A stretch of 63,916 nt of DNA, counting the filler, from Candidatus Sysuiplasma jiujiangense (GTDB lineage Archaea; Thermoplasmatota; Thermoplasmata; Sysuiplasmatales; Sysuiplasmataceae), in NCBI GenBank assembly GCA_019721075.1. It is 4 parts of 3 records of this genome, joined end to end, with 100 filler letters (N's around TTAATTAATTAA, not from the genome) between each part and the next. Parts side by side here need not be neighbours in the genome. Positions count along the whole stretch, not along the records: positions 57,014 to 63,916 come from JAHEAD010000036.1; 3 more parts are not named here. The stretch is one strand, 5' to 3'. Below, piece by piece: positions 59,656 through 63,916 of this stretch. The notes under the pieces were generated by a model that was not told the DNA's origin, ran no database searches, and saw only the letters and a program-made list of their open reading frames with translations. Positions within the stretch are counted from its first letter, which is position 1. Every line of letters starts with the position of its first letter. Both the position numbers and the translations under genes were made by a program.

Positions 59656-60382
59656 GATAGACCTCCATTACCCTTTCGTCATGCACCGCATCCTCGAAAC
59701 TTCCTTCGAAAATCTTCCTGCCCGCATCAAGCACCACGACGTCGTCCGTGACTCTCCTGATGAAGCTCATTACATGCTCGACAACAACCACCGCATCGAT
59801 ATTCTTTGCAATTTCCCTGAGGAGTTTTACGACGCTGTCCATCTCCGACGCACCGAGACCCGCCGCAAGCTCATCTATGAGCAGCACACGCGGATTCGTT
59901 GCCAGCGCCTTTGCAAGGTCAAGCATTTTCTTCTGACCGGTGTTCAGTGTTTCCGCTTTCTTCTCTGCGAAGGATGAGAGGCCGGTAAGTTTCAGTATCC
60001 CCTCCACGGCGGACTCCATGTCCCTGCCGGTCGGATCCCGCTTTCCCTGACCGAAAAGGACAGCAATCTCAACATTTTCCATTACGGTGAGTCCGCCGAA
60101 CGGATGGGGTATCTGGAACGTCCTGTTTATTCCGAGGTGCGATCTTCTGTGCGGCGGTAGTGACGATATATTTTTCCCCTCGAAAAGAATTTCCCCCTCG
60201 TCCGGAAAAAGCAGACCGGAAACGATATTGATGAGCGTCGTCTTGCCGGAACCGTTCGGGCCTATGAGTGCAAGTATTTTCCCCTTTTCGACGCCGACAT
60301 GCACATTGCTCAGTGCCTCCATCTTTCCGAATGTCTTTGTTATTCCCCTGGCTTCAAGCAGAACAGTGCTGTTTTCCTTCAT
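59627..60382 (-). CDS. livG: Branched-chain amino acid-type ABC ATPase (LivG-like)
   Basis: GPNGSGKTT, RTFQIP, DELAAGL, VEHVM and EVYLG. Confidence 0.9.
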   Translation of the reverse strand: MKENSTVLLEARGITKTFGKMEALSNVHVGVEKGKILALIGPNGSGKTTLINIVSGLLFPDEGEILFEGKNISSLPPHRRSHLGINRTFQIPHPFGGLTVMENVEIAVLFGQGKRDPTGRDMESAVEGILKLTGLSSFAEKKAETLNTGQKKMLDLAKALATNPRVLLIDELAAGLGASEMDSVVKLLREIAKNIDAVVVVEHVMSFIRRVTDDVVVLDAGRKIFEGSFEDAVHDERVMEVYLGASRTVGN

Positions 60383-61332
60383 GAAATGCCTCCGTAATGT
60401 TTGCGTATTATGGGGACAATTCCATCCGGTATGAACAGTATCAGCAGCACAAGCAGCAGACCGAATATTATGAGCAGCAGATTGCTGAAATAGAGTATGA
60501 GCACCTCATAGACGGCGAACAGTATTATTGCGCCTATTACCGGGCCGAATGCCGTCCCCCTTCCGCCGAACAGAACAAAGACTATGATGAGCACAGAATA
60601 GTCGGTAAGCGAAAATACCGCTTCAGGATAGAAGAAACCGAGGTACCAGCCGAACAGGCCGCCTGCAAGTCCCGAAAAAAATGCTGAGAGCAGCCATGCA
60701 TAGTTTCTGTAACGCAGGCTGTTTACGCCTGCAAGCTCGACAGCAAAACGATCTTCCCTTATCGCCTTCAGTGCAATTCCAAAATACGATCTGGCCAGAA
60801 GCACCACTGTGAGTGCAGACACCACAGCAACAGCCGCGGTCACCGCATAGTCCACATTGGGCGAATATGCCTGAATGAATGAAATTCCATATGGGCCCCC
60901 TGTAATGGAGGTCAGCGACGTGTTGCCGATTGCGAGATAGAGGACCTCGAACGCTGCAAGGCTTGCTATGGCAAAATATGCTCCGGACAGCCTCAGGAGC
61001 GGCGTGAAGACTAGTGCAAGGACGCAGGAAAGAAATGTGCCGACGAGCAGCGCAATTCCCACCGGGAACGAATAATGCGCTATCATTATTGCCGTTCCGT
61101 ATGCGCCGACAGCAAAAAACGCACCGAATCCAAACGGCAGATAACCGGTGAAGCCGTAAACGATGTTCAGCGCGTCGGCAAGTATGACAAAGACAGCGAG
61201 TTCCATCAGTATGCTCTGGTTGCCTGTCACAACCGGACCGAGCGTGAAGATCGCCGCCAGCGGGACAGCTATTTTGACCGCATCCGTTTTGATGCCCCTT
61301 CCTCCGGAGAGAAAAAATCCCCTAAAATTCAC
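60379..61332 (-). CDS. livM: ABC permease (LivM-like)
   Basis: GFTGYLPFG, LRLSGAYFAIAS, AIRED and GGRGTAFGPVIG; GTG start after a GGAGG RBS. Confidence 0.9.
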   Translation of the reverse strand: MNFRGFFLSGGRGIKTDAVKIAVPLAAIFTLGPVVTGNQSILMELAVFVILADALNIVYGFTGYLPFGFGAFFAVGAYGTAIMIAHYSFPVGIALLVGTFLSCVLALVFTPLLRLSGAYFAIASLAAFEVLYLAIGNTSLTSITGGPYGISFIQAYSPNVDYAVTAAVAVVSALTVVLLARSYFGIALKAIREDRFAVELAGVNSLRYRNYAWLLSAFFSGLAGGLFGWYLGFFYPEAVFSLTDYSVLIIVFVLFGGRGTAFGPVIGAIILFAVYEVLILYFSNLLLIIFGLLLVLLILFIPDGIVPIIRKHYGGIS

Positions 61333-62203
61333 GGACCTTCCTCCCGAGAAGGCCGGTAGGCCTGACAAGTATTATTGCTATGAGCACAACGAACGGGACC
61401 AGGGACGAGATGTTGGGCAGATAGAGTTCGGTGTAGCCGTACGCAAAGGCAAAAACCACTCCACCGGCAAGCGTTGCCAGCGGATTACCCAGTGCACCGA
61501 TGATTATGATGGCAAACGAAATGAGCGTAAAGGTTGCGCCTATGTCCGGGGAGGTGGGATAACTGATGAACGAGGAAAACGCCCCGGCAATTGCAGCGAG
61601 CGTCACTCCCGTGGAAAACGCAATCGCCGAAACTGTTCCTGCATTTACGCCATTGGCTGCGGCCTCATCCCTGTTTATCATAAGTGCCCTTGTCTGCAGT
61701 CCGAGTCTGGTGTGGTAGAGATATGCGTAAATTACCAGTATGAATAAAACTGAAACTGCCGCAGTGACAACCCATGCAAAGGGGATTGTGCTTCCTGCAA
61801 TGCTCACGTGCAGCGGCCTGAACGAGCTGTAGGGAAGGGTCCTGTAATCAACACCGAAAAACTGAATCGCCAGCCCTTCCATGATGAAGGAGAGGCCGAA
61901 GAAGAGGATGAACGAACTCATTTCGGGATCTCCTGATTTGCGGAGCCTGGGGATGAGAAGATAATAGAGCGGTATGCCTGCGAGGAAGAAAACAGGCACA
62001 ATGAAAAGCAGTGCCATGAGCGGATTGACCGAATAGCTTGACAGCAGCAGAATGGCGGCATAAGAGCCGAACACAATGAACTGTCCGTGCGCGAGATTCA
62101 CGATCCTCATCACACCGAATATGAGATTGAGACCCAGCGCCGCCAGCGAAAAGAAAGCGGCGTAAATCAGCGACGTGATGAAGGCGTCAAGGAACAGCTG
62201 CAT
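61322..62203 (-). CDS. livH: ABC permease (LivH-like)
   Basis: GLNLIFGVMRIVNLAHG, TRLGLQTRA and RPTGLLG. Confidence 0.92.
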   Translation of the reverse strand: MQLFLDAFITSLIYAAFFSLAALGLNLIFGVMRIVNLAHGQFIVFGSYAAILLLSSYSVNPLMALLFIVPVFFLAGIPLYYLLIPRLRKSGDPEMSSFILFFGLSFIMEGLAIQFFGVDYRTLPYSSFRPLHVSIAGSTIPFAWVVTAAVSVLFILVIYAYLYHTRLGLQTRALMINRDEAAANGVNAGTVSAIAFSTGVTLAAIAGAFSSFISYPTSPDIGATFTLISFAIIIIGALGNPLATLAGGVVFAFAYGYTELYLPNISSLVPFVVLIAIILVRPTGLLGRKVREF

Positions 62204-62239
62204 GTCAGAGGCACTTTATCCGAAATTCGAGCCCTGAGT

Positions 62240-63688
62240 TCAGGCACCGTTCACACGAGAATCCTCCTTTGCCAGCATCAGCGCCGGAAACTGTTCCAGT
62301 CTGAAGGAGTCCCGGTGCTGCATCGGAGAGCCGGAATAAGCATTCGTTGCCTGGACCGCCGAATTGTCATTTGCCGTCACGACTCCTGGCGCAGGATATA
62401 TGGCCGTACCTGTTGCCACGTTTTCCGGGTATATTACTACCGGATTAAGGCCAGACGGGCCGGGCTGGTACTGCATGAGGTCCATAGGCATTCCCAGCTG
62501 TGCGCCTGTGGACGTGTTAATCACAAAAGGTCCCTCGAGCGTCGTCGTGTTGCCCGAAAGCTGGTTTGCAGCGTGCCTGAGATCAAGCTGGTTCAGATTT
62601 CCGGCCACCGAAATAGTCTTCCCTATCAGCAGTCCTGCATTGTAGCCTGCAATGTCATTGAAGTTTGGCACCGTTCCGTACAGCGATTGCCAGTCAGACA
62701 CGAACTGGGAGGTTGTAGGGCCGAGCGTAACGTTCGTGTACTGCACAAACGGAGGTGAGGCATATGTGTAGGTGTAATTGAGACTCCCCGAAGGTGACTG
62801 AGAAAGGACTGCCGAATATGAAAGTCCGGAATATATGGTGAACACGAAGGGGAAATGGATGCTGTCTGCCGCCATCGCACTGTAGAACGATATGTCATTG
62901 TCCAGGTAGCCCAGTTCTATGACTGCCTGGGGGGATGTCGCATTGATGGACTGGAGCAGTGTGGAATACTCCGCTGCGCTGCTGGCGGAAGTCGACTGGT
63001 AGTAGACAGGCGTTATGCCGACGGCCGTCAGCTGGCTGTCGATGGTGCTTGCCTGTGCAGCCGTGAATGCCTGATCCGTGTAGAGTATTGCAATCCGGGA
63101 AATGGATGTCCGGTGGGTTATGAGGTACTGCGAAAGGACAAGCGGCCATTCGGAGGAAACTAGTATCGACAGATCCACAACATAGGGATTTGAAGCAGTG
63201 AAAAACCCGGGTGTCGAAGCAGTCGGATCAAAGAGAAGGACATGGTGCTCCTGTGCAATGGAGATTGCGGGCGCAGTCAGCGTTGAGCCGAAATCTGCAA
63301 CCAGTATGTTGACATGGTTGACGGTGATGAGATTCGTGTAATCGGTCGTCGCAGTTGTCGTGCTGCTCTGATCATCGTAGGTGACAAGCTTGAGCGGCAG
63401 CTTCTTCCCATAGCTTGAGACATATAAGCCTCCTGCCGCATTCGTCTGGTTTATCCAGAGCTTGAGTCCGGAAAGCTGATATCCGGAAAGCTGCGCGAAT
63501 GAACCGGAGCTTGCATACAGCGTCCCTATGAGTATGTCGTTCGGTGCCGTCTTTTTGCCTGTCTGCAGCACGGCGTAAACTGATACCGCAGCTATAATCA
63601 GGATTACAACGACCACGATCGCAATCAGGGCATTTCTGTGGGACGGTCTGGAGGCACTCTGTGGCGAACCTGATACATTCGAACTCAT
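62240..63688 (-). CDS. Membrane-anchored ABC substrate-binding protein (LivJ/K-like)
   Basis: N-terminal TM anchor; GLKLWINQTNAAGGL...LVTYDDQS type I periplasmic-binding fold. Confidence 0.88.
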   Translation of the reverse strand: MSSNVSGSPQSASRPSHRNALIAIVVVVILIIAAVSVYAVLQTGKKTAPNDILIGTLYASSGSFAQLSGYQLSGLKLWINQTNAAGGLYVSSYGKKLPLKLVTYDDQSSTTTATTDYTNLITVNHVNILVADFGSTLTAPAISIAQEHHVLLFDPTASTPGFFTASNPYVVDLSILVSSEWPLVLSQYLITHRTSISRIAILYTDQAFTAAQASTIDSQLTAVGITPVYYQSTSASSAAEYSTLLQSINATSPQAVIELGYLDNDISFYSAMAADSIHFPFVFTIYSGLSYSAVLSQSPSGSLNYTYTYASPPFVQYTNVTLGPTTSQFVSDWQSLYGTVPNFNDIAGYNAGLLIGKTISVAGNLNQLDLRHAANQLSGNTTTLEGPFVINTSTGAQLGMPMDLMQYQPGPSGLNPVVIYPENVATGTAIYPAPGVVTANDNSAVQATNAYSGSPMQHRDSFRLEQFPALMLAKEDSRVNGA

Positions 63689-63916
63689 GTTTTCCCCTCT
63701 TTATATTTTAAAAGATTTTCGGGTGTTCCTGCGCGGTCCATGGCATCCAGGAGTAAAATACGTTTCCCTCACCGATGAGGTTAAACGGTGATACAGTGCG
63801 CTGCGCTTACTGCAGCCGTATCTCCGAAGACGATCGTAACAGAAGTACTAGGATCGAATGAGTATATATAAGGAAAACAGGAAAAGCCAGCATTACACGC
63901 AGCCTCATCGACTCGC

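Overview
The window is archaeal DNA, most likely Thermoplasmatota (inferred from topoisomerase VI A/B, L40e, NAC, archaeal-type ProRS, RibL, a TA0175-like phosphatase and a tRNA with a bulge-helix-bulge intron). It is not contiguous: four contigs (1-3399, 3500-29865, 29966-56913, 57014-63916) are joined by artificial 100-bp N/TTAATTAATTAA/N linkers, and four of the contig ends break inside two multicopy IS elements. Most of the content is housekeeping and metabolism: mdh, fba-pfk, pgi/pmi, prs, proS, hisS, folP, menA/menG, top6AB, a cox/cut-type molybdo-hydroxylase cluster and a liv-type ABC transporter. The most notable locus is a coupled three-gene operon (alkyl-DHAP-synthase-like flavoenzyme with intact catalytic motifs, GlpD-like dehydrogenase, DAGK-family lipid kinase) that could be an ether-lipid cleavage or remodelling pathway. 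Other points of interest are a Cys-rich PadR plus (CG)n micro-protein module with a perfect palindromic operator, an ArsA/GET3-HSP20 ATPase with an overlapping partner gene, a PPi-type PFK in an fba-pfk operon, an RNase HIII, a degenerate second MenA paralog, a LigD phosphoesterase fragment, a 46-aa zinc-finger ORF missing from the ORF track, and an intron-containing tRNA-Asp. All product calls come from motif recognition by eye; no database searches were run.
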